Origin: a virus
Taxonomy: Duplodnaviria > Caudoviricetes
Reading direction: 5' to 3' (one strand)
IMG/VR virus record: IMGVR_UViG_3300033076_000939
Location: 1 to 25,860 of that record
DNA: 25,860 nucleotides
Shown: positions 7,628 through 16,243 of the stretch, in pieces
How the letters are laid out: each line of letters starts with the position of its first letter
Position numbering within the stretch: position 1 is the first letter of the stretch
The notes under the pieces: model-generated
What the model was told of the DNA's origin: nothing
The model's input: the letters and a program-made list of their open reading frames with translations, nothing else
Database searches by the model: none
Translations under genes and position numbers: made by a program

Positions 7628-7847
7628 TGAGCATGATGCCACACGGCGTGGGTTGTGCGATCAATGTTACAGGTCACTCTACAGACGCATCGCGCTGGGT
7701 GAGACAACATGGCAGGAAGCAGTAAGAAAAGGAAAGGTACTAGCCAGGCAGGGGGTAGAACCAATCCCCATGAAGTTATGGCAGCAATGTCTGCGTTCGC
7801 TAGATCAGGCGGTCGCACGTCGGCAGAAGATCTCGCCAATGCATTGA
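7608..7847 (+). CDS. Small basic zinc-finger-like protein (Cx2Hx10Cx2C), copy 2
   Basis: CINH-SEHDATRRGL-CDQCYRSLYRR has ligand spacing identical to copy 1. Overlaps both neighbours. Confidence 0.7.
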   Translation: MRCINHSEHDATRRGLCDQCYRSLYRRIALGETTWQEAVRKGKVLARQGVEPIPMKLWQQCLRSLDQAVARRQKISPMH

Positions 7848-8116
7848 CAGAAGCCTACGGTGGTGCTCAGGGACTGGCCTTACTCATCAAAGAACTCACC
7901 TTCGCCAAAAGCACACAGCCATCTACCGTAGTCAAGATCGTATCCAGTGTCATGTCGTTTATCGAGCGAACCGAAAAGAGAATCGGCGGGCAGGCTCGTC
8001 TTAAAATGATGAGTAACGAAGAGGTGGAAACATCCCTCTGTAAACTCCTGGCTAAGCACAATTTCGTTGTGCCTATCGAAGGGGTGACGCTCCATGCCAC
8101 GCAAGTCGAACATTGA
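7709..8116 (+). CDS. Putative terminase small subunit
   Basis: Helical 135-aa protein overlapping the terL start by 23 nt, with a C-terminal MSNEEVETSL motif. The assignment is mainly positional and the start is uncertain (7709 or 7778). Confidence 0.55.
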   Translation: MAGSSKKRKGTSQAGGRTNPHEVMAAMSAFARSGGRTSAEDLANALTEAYGGAQGLALLIKELTFAKSTQPSTVVKIVSSVMSFIERTEKRIGGQARLKMMSNEEVETSLCKLLAKHNFVVPIEGVTLHATQVEH

Positions 8117-9854
8117 GCATGCCAAGTGGCAGAAGATCAAGGCTGAAATCGATGCGATGGTACGGGTTAACCTGCCCGGCACATGGACGAAAGAGGACTA
8201 CCGTGAGTTCATCGCACTCTTTGCGGAGCATGAGGAACGTAAGAAAGAAACCATCATCCTCTATAAACCGCTCCCGACCGCTCAAAAATTCCATGAGTGC
8301 ATGGATCATGAAGTAGCCTTGTCAGGATCGAACCGGGCAGGAAAGACTTGTACAGCATCAGGTGAAGTAGGATACGCTGCCACCGGAAAACACCCGGTCC
8401 AGGGTAAGTATCCCGAGAGTGGCATCCAGATTGCCTGCGTGGGTAATGATGGCAGGCACTTATCGTTGATGTATGAATACCTGTTCGAGAAAGCACAGTT
8501 CAAGATATTCAAACACCCCAAGACATTTGAATGGACCGTAGTCAACGAGAATATCGAAGAACACACCAGACATAAAGACCTGTGGATAGATGCTGACCCT
8601 ATCATCCCCGACCGTTACATCCGTGGAGGGATAGAGAAAGGCGTCTCCTGGGAAAACCAGAAAGAGAAGATACCCAAGTCGGTATCGCTTATCAACGGTG
8701 GCAAGATCAGGTTCTACTCAGGATTAGTCAGGAAGATGCCCCAGGGGCGCAAGTTCCATCTGGTATGGATGGACGAAGAACTCGACCATCCCAAACGGTG
8801 GATCGATGAAATGCGTGCTCGTATTGTCGATTTCAACGGTCGTATCTTCTGGTCAGCTACTCCACAGAACGCTACCGATGAGTTCCTGGATTTCGAGATG
8901 CGGGCGGAAGATCCAGAGAATGCCAACAAGCCATTGTCTGAGCGAACGGGTTATTTCCTGATGTTGCAGGAGGATAACATCTACCTCTCACGCCAAGGTA
9001 GCAAAGCGTTTGAATCGAAAATGAAGATGGATACAGAGCAGTACCGCACCCGCTGGCAAGGCCAGTCTGCCCGGTCGTACCTGCTGGCTTATCCAGAGTT
9101 CAAGAAGTTTCTACATGTTGTGCCAGAAGTCAACCTACGGTGGGAGGATACCCGCTACATCGTGGTTGATCCCGGTGTAGAAGTGGCGGCTGTACTCTTC
9201 TGTATTGCTCCTGAAGTCGAAACGAACCCCGATAAGGTGGCGTTGTTATCCGAGCCGGAGAGGTGGTATCGTACCAGGCCCGGGTGTATTGTCTGCTACG
9301 ATGAGCTCTACATCAAACAGGCCAACCCACAACTGGTAGCTCAACTGACCAAAGAGAAGCTCGACCAGCATCACCAGAGTTATCTGCGTGAAATGATTAT
9401 TGATTACAAAGGCGGACGCGGTCTGAGTTGGAAGGGTATGAAAGAGGGGGAAACGGCTGAAAGTGTTTACATGGAGAACTTCCAGAAGTTCGATATTAAC
9501 CCAGTGGTTCCCGGCTGGCAGTATGGATCGCATGATATACGCACCGGCATTGAGCGAACGAAAGACTACCTCGTTCCCCAGGTAGAAGATCGCCTGCCTA
9601 TGCTGTTCATTGCCAGTAAGTGTGAAAAACTCATATGGGAGTTTGGGGCGTGGCGTAAGAAGCGTAACGCATTGGGTGAGTTCATCGGGTATGAGGATGG
9701 CAGGAACCATTTGCTAGATTGTGTGCGTTATGCTACAACAAGGGGGTTGCCGTGGGTGCCGCCCCCCAATCCTGTCGGCCCGAAACCATTCGGCGCGCGA
9801 GAGTATGGGAAGTTGCTTAGTAACATCCGCAGCGGCAAAGCGTTCTTTCAGTAG
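8094..9854 (+). CDS. terL: Terminase large subunit
   Basis: Adenine-binding Q (PTAQKFH), Walker A SGSNRAGKT, Walker B LVWMDEE, coupling motif SATP, and RNase H-like nuclease acidic motifs VVDPG and NHLLDCVRY. Confidence 0.95.
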   Translation: MPRKSNIEHAKWQKIKAEIDAMVRVNLPGTWTKEDYREFIALFAEHEERKKETIILYKPLPTAQKFHECMDHEVALSGSNRAGKTCTASGEVGYAATGKHPVQGKYPESGIQIACVGNDGRHLSLMYEYLFEKAQFKIFKHPKTFEWTVVNENIEEHTRHKDLWIDADPIIPDRYIRGGIEKGVSWENQKEKIPKSVSLINGGKIRFYSGLVRKMPQGRKFHLVWMDEELDHPKRWIDEMRARIVDFNGRIFWSATPQNATDEFLDFEMRAEDPENANKPLSERTGYFLMLQEDNIYLSRQGSKAFESKMKMDTEQYRTRWQGQSARSYLLAYPEFKKFLHVVPEVNLRWEDTRYIVVDPGVEVAAVLFCIAPEVETNPDKVALLSEPERWYRTRPGCIVCYDELYIKQANPQLVAQLTKEKLDQHHQSYLREMIIDYKGGRGLSWKGMKEGETAESVYMENFQKFDINPVVPGWQYGSHDIRTGIERTKDYLVPQVEDRLPMLFIASKCEKLIWEFGAWRKKRNALGEFIGYEDGRNHLLDCVRYATTRGLPWVPPPNPVGPKPFGAREYGKLLSNIRSGKAFFQ

Positions 9855-9862
9855 GAGAATCC

Positions 9863-10369
9863 ATGAGTGCTGTAGCCACCCCACCGGCTGTTCCACATGC
9901 GGACACCAGGGGTCCAATGCGAGGACTACCCCCGATCCCACGGATGATGACTGTCACCGAGGCGCAAGCCAAGCGACAGAAGTACGTCGCCCCTGATGTT
10001 ATGTGTGGCGAACCGTGTTTCTACCGCAGACAGAACGACCAGAACGAATGCATCGGCTGGATCACCAAAACGTCCAACCGTGCATTCACTGTAATCATCG
10101 CAAGGCCAGGCTACACGCACGAAGAGAAAACCTCCGTTGCCTATTGGGACCACACTCTGCCTAACCCGGCAGAAACCGGCGATCCCATGGCAGCTTACAA
10201 TAACAACGGGTCATTTCGCCGCACCCCGTTCTTCATGAAGTTGGCAGAATCTGCCATGGTTTCGTCTGCCAAGAAGGACGATACCATTATGGAAATGCTG
10301 GCAGCAATGCAGGCTGAGATTGATAAACTAAAGGCTTCCGGCAGTGACGGAACCCGCCGCAAGCAATAA
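9863..10369 (+). CDS. Hypothetical protein between terL and portal
   Basis: Strong AGGAG SD. Small beta domain plus a C-terminal coiled coil (MLAAMQAEIDKLKA). Confidence 0.8.
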   Translation: MSAVATPPAVPHADTRGPMRGLPPIPRMMTVTEAQAKRQKYVAPDVMCGEPCFYRRQNDQNECIGWITKTSNRAFTVIIARPGYTHEEKTSVAYWDHTLPNPAETGDPMAAYNNNGSFRRTPFFMKLAESAMVSSAKKDDTIMEMLAAMQAEIDKLKASGSDGTRRKQ

Positions 10370-10381
10370 TGAGGCAACCCG

Positions 10382-12526
10382 ATGTTCGTTCCAGGCAATC
10401 AGCTTAATGATGGTGGATTGTTCCGAGAACATCGGGATACCTGGCTCGAAGCTATTCGTGCAGGTCTGGCCAAGAAACGTGATGTGTACGCTAAGGGTGC
10501 AGAAGAATGTCAGCGGTTCGTCCTTGGCGAGCATAAGTATCTCTTTGAGCCGAAGTACATCACCGACCAGATGTACCTGCAAGTCGGTGCTAATGTCGGT
10601 CCCGCAGGACGCGACAACAAGCCTATCCGTATGCCTTACTGGCGAATCTCGGACAACTGGGTAGCCAAGTTTGTCCAGATCATGACGCCATACCTGACGC
10701 AAGGTCAGGTGGTACGCACTGTTAAGCCAAAGAAACCCTTCATTCCGCCGCCAATTACCTATGGCATCGATCAGCCTGAACTACAAGCGATGAAGTTCAA
10801 TGACAAGAACTTCATGGCAGCAAACCCGGGATACCTGATGCAGCAGCAGATGGCCATGCAGCAATATCAGATGGATGTGATGCAGGCCAACATACAGTTC
10901 ATGATGCGGGACACCCGGTCCACGATGTTGCAGGAGATGCTGAATTATTCGGTCCAGGAATTGAACCTCATGAAGGACCGCCGCGCCATCGTCGAGGATG
11001 CCTTGATGTATGGATTCGCTGCATTCAATACCGAACTGGTGCAGATGCCTGGAACGAATAGCATCCTGGTGGGTAGCAACTATATCCTGGCTAACGATAT
11101 TGTTTGGGATCCCGACACCATGACGGAGAAAGATGCTAAGTGGTTGGCAGTGCAATGCCGAGCCACAGCATGGCAGTTCTCCAAACTATTCAATGTCCCC
11201 GAGGAGCAGATTAAGCCTAACCAGCGAAGCACTGTAAGTGAAGCGTTCTACAAGAAACTCGTCATTGATGAAGGCGGCGCAGGCAACACCAGACACCGGG
11301 ATAACCCACTGGATGAAGTGGTATACTGGAAGGTCTGGTCCCGCATGGGATCAGGTGCAAGAATGCAGTTGCGAGACAAACGTCGCCCTGAGATGGAAGC
11401 TCTCGACGCAGAACTGGGCGACTACTGTTTCTTCATCGTTACCGATAGTGTGGATTACTGCGCTAATATGTCGCCTATGCTTCTTGACCAGGCGATGTCT
11501 CTTCAGAACATGGCGAACTCAGGTCAGCCGCAGATTGATCCAGGCACAGGTAAGCCTATCAACCCGCTTGACCTGATACGGCAATCGACACAATGGCCAA
11601 CGCCCTACTACCTCGACATCGATGATCCTTGGCCGATCACCACGCTGTACTTCCATCGTCGCAATGGTAGCCCCTACCCCATCCCTCACTTTGAATTTGC
11701 TCTCAGCTATCTCAAGTTCATGGTGTGGGTGGTATCTTTCGTGGCCGATAAGTGCTATCGGTCGATGCGTGATATCTGGATTATCGATAAGCAGATTGGT
11801 GAGCAACTCAAGGAAGCCATTGAGAATGGTGATGATGAGTGCATCGTCACACTCAAGGACATGGATCAAAAGACGATTAAACAGTTCTGCGATTTGATAT
11901 CAGCACCGGAACTCAAGTCGTCAATCATGGAAGTGTATCAGTTCTTTGAGTCCAAGGTTGAGCAGATGACTGGTCTGACGGACCTGATGCAGGCCCAACT
12001 TGCCCGCAGCCTCCGTACTGCCACCGAAGCTCAGGTTGTCAGTGACGCCAGCCAGTTGCGACCACGCGATATGGCACAACGTGTGAACGAGACGGACACC
12101 CGAGTAGCACGCAAAGAGAGCGTGGCAGCGCTGCTTCATTACCAGCCACAAGACATTGCTCCCATCCTCGGTGTCCCTGGTGCCAATGCCTGGCAGCGCA
12201 TCACGCAGGGGCAGGACATTATCTCGGTACTCAGGGAATCTGACCTGGATGTGATTGCCAGCCAGGGGCGTATCCTCGACCTGAATACACGGGTAGACCA
12301 GAGCAATAAGATGGCACAACTGGTACTGCCTATGCTGATTCAGATGGGGCAAGCCACCGGTGTCTTTGGCCCCGCTAACCGGGTATTGCGAGAGATTGCT
12401 GAAGCCAACCAGATTGACCCTGAACTGATGGCAGCATTCCCCGATATGCCACCTCCCCAACCTGCACCGGCCAAGGGGGTAGCCTCAGCACCGAGCCAGA
12501 AGAATCCGTCACAAGGTCCACAGTAA
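10382..12526 (+). CDS. Portal (head-tail connector) protein
   Basis: 714 aa, downstream of terL, GAGG SD. Podovirus-portal-like motifs: EDALMYGFA, DIVWDPD, EQMTGLTDLMQAQ...TATEAQ. Pro/Gln-rich C-terminal tail. Confidence 0.85.
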   Translation: MFVPGNQLNDGGLFREHRDTWLEAIRAGLAKKRDVYAKGAEECQRFVLGEHKYLFEPKYITDQMYLQVGANVGPAGRDNKPIRMPYWRISDNWVAKFVQIMTPYLTQGQVVRTVKPKKPFIPPPITYGIDQPELQAMKFNDKNFMAANPGYLMQQQMAMQQYQMDVMQANIQFMMRDTRSTMLQEMLNYSVQELNLMKDRRAIVEDALMYGFAAFNTELVQMPGTNSILVGSNYILANDIVWDPDTMTEKDAKWLAVQCRATAWQFSKLFNVPEEQIKPNQRSTVSEAFYKKLVIDEGGAGNTRHRDNPLDEVVYWKVWSRMGSGARMQLRDKRRPEMEALDAELGDYCFFIVTDSVDYCANMSPMLLDQAMSLQNMANSGQPQIDPGTGKPINPLDLIRQSTQWPTPYYLDIDDPWPITTLYFHRRNGSPYPIPHFEFALSYLKFMVWVVSFVADKCYRSMRDIWIIDKQIGEQLKEAIENGDDECIVTLKDMDQKTIKQFCDLISAPELKSSIMEVYQFFESKVEQMTGLTDLMQAQLARSLRTATEAQVVSDASQLRPRDMAQRVNETDTRVARKESVAALLHYQPQDIAPILGVPGANAWQRITQGQDIISVLRESDLDVIASQGRILDLNTRVDQSNKMAQLVLPMLIQMGQATGVFGPANRVLREIAEANQIDPELMAAFPDMPPPQPAPAKGVASAPSQKNPSQGPQ

Positions 12527-12975
12527 TGCCTCTCTATACCTACCGCTGCAACGGCTGCGGAAAAACTGAAGAAGTCCTGCAATCCTTCAAGGAGTTGGAG
12601 CAGGGCATCGATACGCCAGTATCCTGCTGTTGTGACGGTAGTTTTGAACGGCTGATGGACCAGGCCCACATCGGTTTGTGCGATACATCGATGCTCCGAT
12701 CGGCGCTGCGAAGCCGGGATCAGTTCGATAATCCCAAGGATGACCGGGGTGAGTACATCGGCGGCATTGCCAAGCGTGCTGGTGTAGACACTACGGGAAG
12801 ATGGTACAATCCATCGATAGCCAGATTCCTCGGAGATCCAGAAGCCTGGGTAGGCAGCATGGATGAAATAAAGCAGGTCTGCAACCGACGAGGGTGGAGG
12901 TACACCGTCAAGGACGGTAACATCCTTATCCAAAAGCCGATGGAAGTACCAGCGGCAGCAGGGGGAGCGGTATGA
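12526..12975 (+). CDS. FmdB-family zinc-ribbon protein
   Basis: MPLYTYRCNGCGKTEEVLQSF...SCCCDG matches the FmdB/CxxC_CXXC_SSSS N-terminus. TAATG coupling to the portal gene. Confidence 0.8.
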   Translation: MPLYTYRCNGCGKTEEVLQSFKELEQGIDTPVSCCCDGSFERLMDQAHIGLCDTSMLRSALRSRDQFDNPKDDRGEYIGGIAKRAGVDTTGRWYNPSIARFLGDPEAWVGSMDEIKQVCNRRGWRYTVKDGNILIQKPMEVPAAAGGAV

Positions 12976-14111
12976 TACGGACTGCTGCCGACTATCAGCG
13001 TGCTCTCATGCGATGGCTTGGTTCAAATGATAACCCGCAGGCGGTTGAGGACTGCCGTGAGGCTATTAACGACGCACTCAAGGAAGTGTGGGGCGAATAC
13101 GATTGGCCATGGTATCAGGGGCAGCAAACCATTATCGTCAATGCTCCTTATGACACCGGCACGATAACCTACGATGCCAGTACCAGACGGTTCACCCTGA
13201 CAGGCGGCACCTGGCCAGAATGGGCGGAATACGGTGCTATCCAGATTAGTTCCAAATACGCCCTGGTAGACAGGCTTATTTCATCAACAGTCATTGAGAT
13301 CGAGGAAGGAAGCCAGTTTACTGCGGACATCTCTACCGCGACGGCGTTCAAAATCTGGCGGTCACAATACCCACTGCCTAACAACATCAGGAAGATCACC
13401 TACCTGACAAACGACCTGAACACCAACCATGTCGTGAAGTATGTGACACCTCTGGAGTTTGCCGACCGGCGCCCCGGGGTATATGGTCTGGTGCCGGTCA
13501 TGTTCACCGTACAGAAAGACCGCAGGCTGCTGAACGGTCTGAATCTGGTACTCTGGCCCTACCCATCAACAGCCTACACCTACCGGTTCTCTTATGTCCG
13601 CCATCCCGAGGAGGTGGCAGTCTGGTCCGTCACTGACGGAAAGGTGACAACCGCTGCCGACGATGAGACGATTACTGGAACAGGGACAGCATTCCTGGAA
13701 GAGTACGCTGGTGCGCTGATCCGCATAGGCCGCGATGGAACCAACATCCCTACTGCCAAGTCAGGACTCAACCCTCGCGTGGAAGAAGCCCTGATCGATA
13801 CTTATTCCAGTTCGACGATTCTGGAGGCACGTACCAACTTCACCTACACCAACACGCTGAAAGCCTACGAGATATCATCGGTGATCGACATCGATGAATC
13901 CATTATGGCCAGCTTGTTTATGCAGCAATGCTACCTCCACCTAGGCAACCGGCGTAACAAGGAAGGCAAGGAGATGTCTACCATCAACGCTGCCCGCCAG
14001 GTGTTGCTGCGTCGTGCTATCAGTAAAGCCAGCCCTGAACAGGGAATCAGTTACGCTGGCAACTTCCGCCAGTCGCCATTCTGGAGATGGTGCGATGTGG
14101 GGGTTTATTAA
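12972..14111 (+). CDS. Putative head-tail adaptor / tail tubular protein A with inserted beta domains
   Basis: Helical start, then AINDALKEVWGEYDWPW, QYPLPNNIRKI and LVLWPYPSTAYTYRFSY, a pattern typical of podovirus adaptors (T7 gp11/P22 gp4 role). Two beta-rich inserts (GTITYD..., GKVTTAADDETITGTGTAF). Confidence 0.7.
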   Translation: MIRTAADYQRALMRWLGSNDNPQAVEDCREAINDALKEVWGEYDWPWYQGQQTIIVNAPYDTGTITYDASTRRFTLTGGTWPEWAEYGAIQISSKYALVDRLISSTVIEIEEGSQFTADISTATAFKIWRSQYPLPNNIRKITYLTNDLNTNHVVKYVTPLEFADRRPGVYGLVPVMFTVQKDRRLLNGLNLVLWPYPSTAYTYRFSYVRHPEEVAVWSVTDGKVTTAADDETITGTGTAFLEEYAGALIRIGRDGTNIPTAKSGLNPRVEEALIDTYSSSTILEARTNFTYTNTLKAYEISSVIDIDESIMASLFMQQCYLHLGNRRNKEGKEMSTINAARQVLLRRAISKASPEQGISYAGNFRQSPFWRWCDVGVY

Positions 14112-14293
14112 TGGACAAACCGCCTGATGTCACAACACTGGTGAATGATTTCAAGGGGCAGTACAGCGACATCGATCCCATGGACAATCCCCAGGGAACG
14201 ATGCAACTGCAACTCAACATGCTCTGCATTACGCAGGGAGAACTTACGACCAGGGGTGGATTGAAAGAAGTCACCCTGGATGCCTTGGAGTAA
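14111..14293 (+). CDS. 60-aa protein resembling the N-terminal segment of a podovirus tail nozzle
   Basis: TAATG coupling to the adaptor. DFKGQYSDIDPMDNPQG...NMLCITQGELTTRGG matches the FxG...DP...N....GxLxxRxG start of tail tubular B/P22 gp10-like proteins. Confidence 0.6.
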   Translation: MDKPPDVTTLVNDFKGQYSDIDPMDNPQGTMQLQLNMLCITQGELTTRGGLKEVTLDALE

Positions 14294-14295
14294 CC

Positions 14296-14595
14296 ATGCT
14301 GATACCTTCATTTATCCTGGGCGGTACAGCGTATGGCCTGGAAGGTGCTGTCAACAACAGTAATGTTCCCACGGCAATCAGCGGGTCGATGACGTTTCGC
14401 GTCTATGGACCGAATGGATTCATCACCAACGGTACTGCAACGCTGTTCGGTAGCCCCGATCTGACAGCCGTCTACAAGTGGTCGGTGACTACCAGTGACC
14501 CTGACTACGAACGTGGCGTGGTCTATGATGTGGTGCTCAGTTACACCGTGTCAGGCAATGCCCGCAACAGCATTCATCGGTTCATGGTGATCTAG
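14296..14595 (+). CDS. Small beta-sandwich virion protein (hypothetical)
   Basis: 99 aa, GGAG SD, alternating beta-strand pattern (TFRVYGPNG...YERGVVYDVVLSYTVSG). Confidence 0.75.
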   Translation: MLIPSFILGGTAYGLEGAVNNSNVPTAISGSMTFRVYGPNGFITNGTATLFGSPDLTAVYKWSVTTSDPDYERGVVYDVVLSYTVSGNARNSIHRFMVI

Positions 14596-15005
14596 TGCCT
14601 CTGGAATTGAGTACATACATTGGCAGGCACCGAAGAGGGCAGCGGGTATCGTTGCTACTGTGGGTACCTATCGAGCCTGATGCCACACCACAGGTGAAGG
14701 TGTATGGTTCCAGTGGCACGCTGGTAAAAACTTTGCGCATCCCCAGGAAGTCTGCCAATTTCTTTGCCATCGACCACTTTCTGGATGATGACTATGTTGA
14801 TGATGTCTACGTAGCCACGATCAGATATGATGTGTCAACGGTAAGACAGCCTCAGCAGTTTCGCTATTTCCAGGTGGTCGGCGGTAGTGCCAAGGGATGT
14901 GCCATAGCCATTCATGAACTGCGCCGCCCCCTGGGCCGGGCAGTGATTACCTTGAATGAGAATGGTACCGTCAATATGGGTTACAACCCGAGGGTGGAAG
15001 GATGA
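14595..15005 (+). CDS. Hypothetical virion protein
   Basis: GTG start overlapping the upstream TAG. 136 aa, beta-rich, fills the gap. Confidence 0.7.
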   Translation: MPLELSTYIGRHRRGQRVSLLLWVPIEPDATPQVKVYGSSGTLVKTLRIPRKSANFFAIDHFLDDDYVDDVYVATIRYDVSTVRQPQQFRYFQVVGGSAKGCAIAIHELRRPLGRAVITLNENGTVNMGYNPRVEG

Positions 15006-15430
15006 CCGGTGTAGCTGCCATACTGGACGGGTTCTTCAACGCAGGCACCGTGCCAACAGCGTTGTACATGGGGTTTGTCTCCTCGGCAGACTTCACCGCC
15101 TTCGATGAACCCAACGATACGATGGGTAGCCATACAGGCTGGACGGAGTTTGTGGACTACGACGAAGCAACCAGGCCGGTCTGGACACCAGGAGCGACGA
15201 TTGACGGATCTCCTGCATCGGTCAGTAATCCGTCTGCCTCCGAGATCACCCCGAATGCGGTTGGTACGATCATCGGTATCTTTCTCTGTGATGATGACAC
15301 TGTAGGTGGAACCACCGGCCAGTTGTATGGCCCTTGGTTCCTGGCTGAAGGCCCGCAGGCAACGGCAGTAGGTTCACCGTTCCGTGGTGATCTGAAAATC
15401 AGCCTGCGATCCAATACAGCTACTTCGTAA
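15002..15430 (+). CDS. Putative tail/fibre-associated structural protein
   Basis: ATGA coupling. LYMGF...DTMGSHTGWTE..DY...TRPVW...SVSN...TIIGIFL...GGTTGQL resembles a small phage tail protein pattern recalled from other phages (not searched). Confidence 0.6.
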   Translation: MTGVAAILDGFFNAGTVPTALYMGFVSSADFTAFDEPNDTMGSHTGWTEFVDYDEATRPVWTPGATIDGSPASVSNPSASEITPNAVGTIIGIFLCDDDTVGGTTGQLYGPWFLAEGPQATAVGSPFRGDLKISLRSNTATS

Positions 15431-15439
15431 GGGACAACC

Positions 15440-16234
15440 ATGCACGGACCATATCGTATTATCAGGAACGCTCCCTACCCCTTGCGCCGTAAGGACACAG
15501 GCACGACGCTAAACCTCAGCAAAGATGGTGGTGCGCTGGCTGCTGCCACGAACACACCGGCTGAAACCCCAGCCGCCTCGGGTATCTACTACAACGAGCT
15601 CACTGCTACCGAGATGTCATGCGATCATCTCTTCTATAAAGGCAATGCTGGTAATTCGCTCGACACCGGTGAGTTAATTCCAGAACCGGCATTCGACTCT
15701 GGAGTTGCTCAGGGCGGCACATCCACCACTATCACGCTCCGTGCTGCTGGACCGAGCTTTGGTCTGGTAGGAACCATGATTGAGATTGTGCGAGGGACTG
15801 GCAAAGACAGCACGCCTCGCATGATTACCGACTATGACACTACCACGAAGATAGCGACGGTACGGCCTGACTGGAGTACCACACCAGACAGTACCAGCGT
15901 CTACATCGTGTTCTGGAATCCCAAGGTTAACGTCATGCAGATCGATGGTGCTGCCTTCCCGGCTCAGGCACTATCCGAACTGTATCTGAAGAACTACAAG
16001 ACAGGCACCATCAATAGCGGAAGTACCACTACTATCATCAAGACCACACTGACAGGTTACGGTACCAGCGCGTTTGTCGGCAGTTTCTTTATGTGTGGTG
16101 GTTCTACCAACTACGGCCTGATCCGTCCCATTGTCGGCTACAATACCAGTAATGGCGACATCACGGTATTCCCCGCATTCCCCTCAGCCCCCCTTAATAC
16201 GGAAGGGGCTATCGTCCTGGGTGCAGGTGGCTAG
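15440..16234 (+). CDS. Thr/Gly-rich virion protein with two tandem beta modules
   Basis: Module 1: SGVAQGGTSTTITL..IEIVRGTG..RMITDY..ATV..W...PD. Module 2: TGTINSGSTTTII..RPIVGY..ITV.PAF..AP. Confidence 0.7.
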   Translation: MHGPYRIIRNAPYPLRRKDTGTTLNLSKDGGALAAATNTPAETPAASGIYYNELTATEMSCDHLFYKGNAGNSLDTGELIPEPAFDSGVAQGGTSTTITLRAAGPSFGLVGTMIEIVRGTGKDSTPRMITDYDTTTKIATVRPDWSTTPDSTSVYIVFWNPKVNVMQIDGAAFPAQALSELYLKNYKTGTINSGSTTTIIKTTLTGYGTSAFVGSFFMCGGSTNYGLIRPIVGYNTSNGDITVFPAFPSAPLNTEGAIVLGAGG

Positions 16235-16243
16235 GAGTCATAC

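Noticed and set aside
9863-10369. Possible scaffold or capsid protein
   Set aside because: Too short for a capsid protein and only the last part is coiled coil; it lies upstream of the portal.
14294-16243. Intron or mobile insertion splitting the nozzle
   Set aside because: Filled by four coupled structural-looking genes, with no homing endonuclease, reverse transcriptase, transposase or terminal repeats seen.
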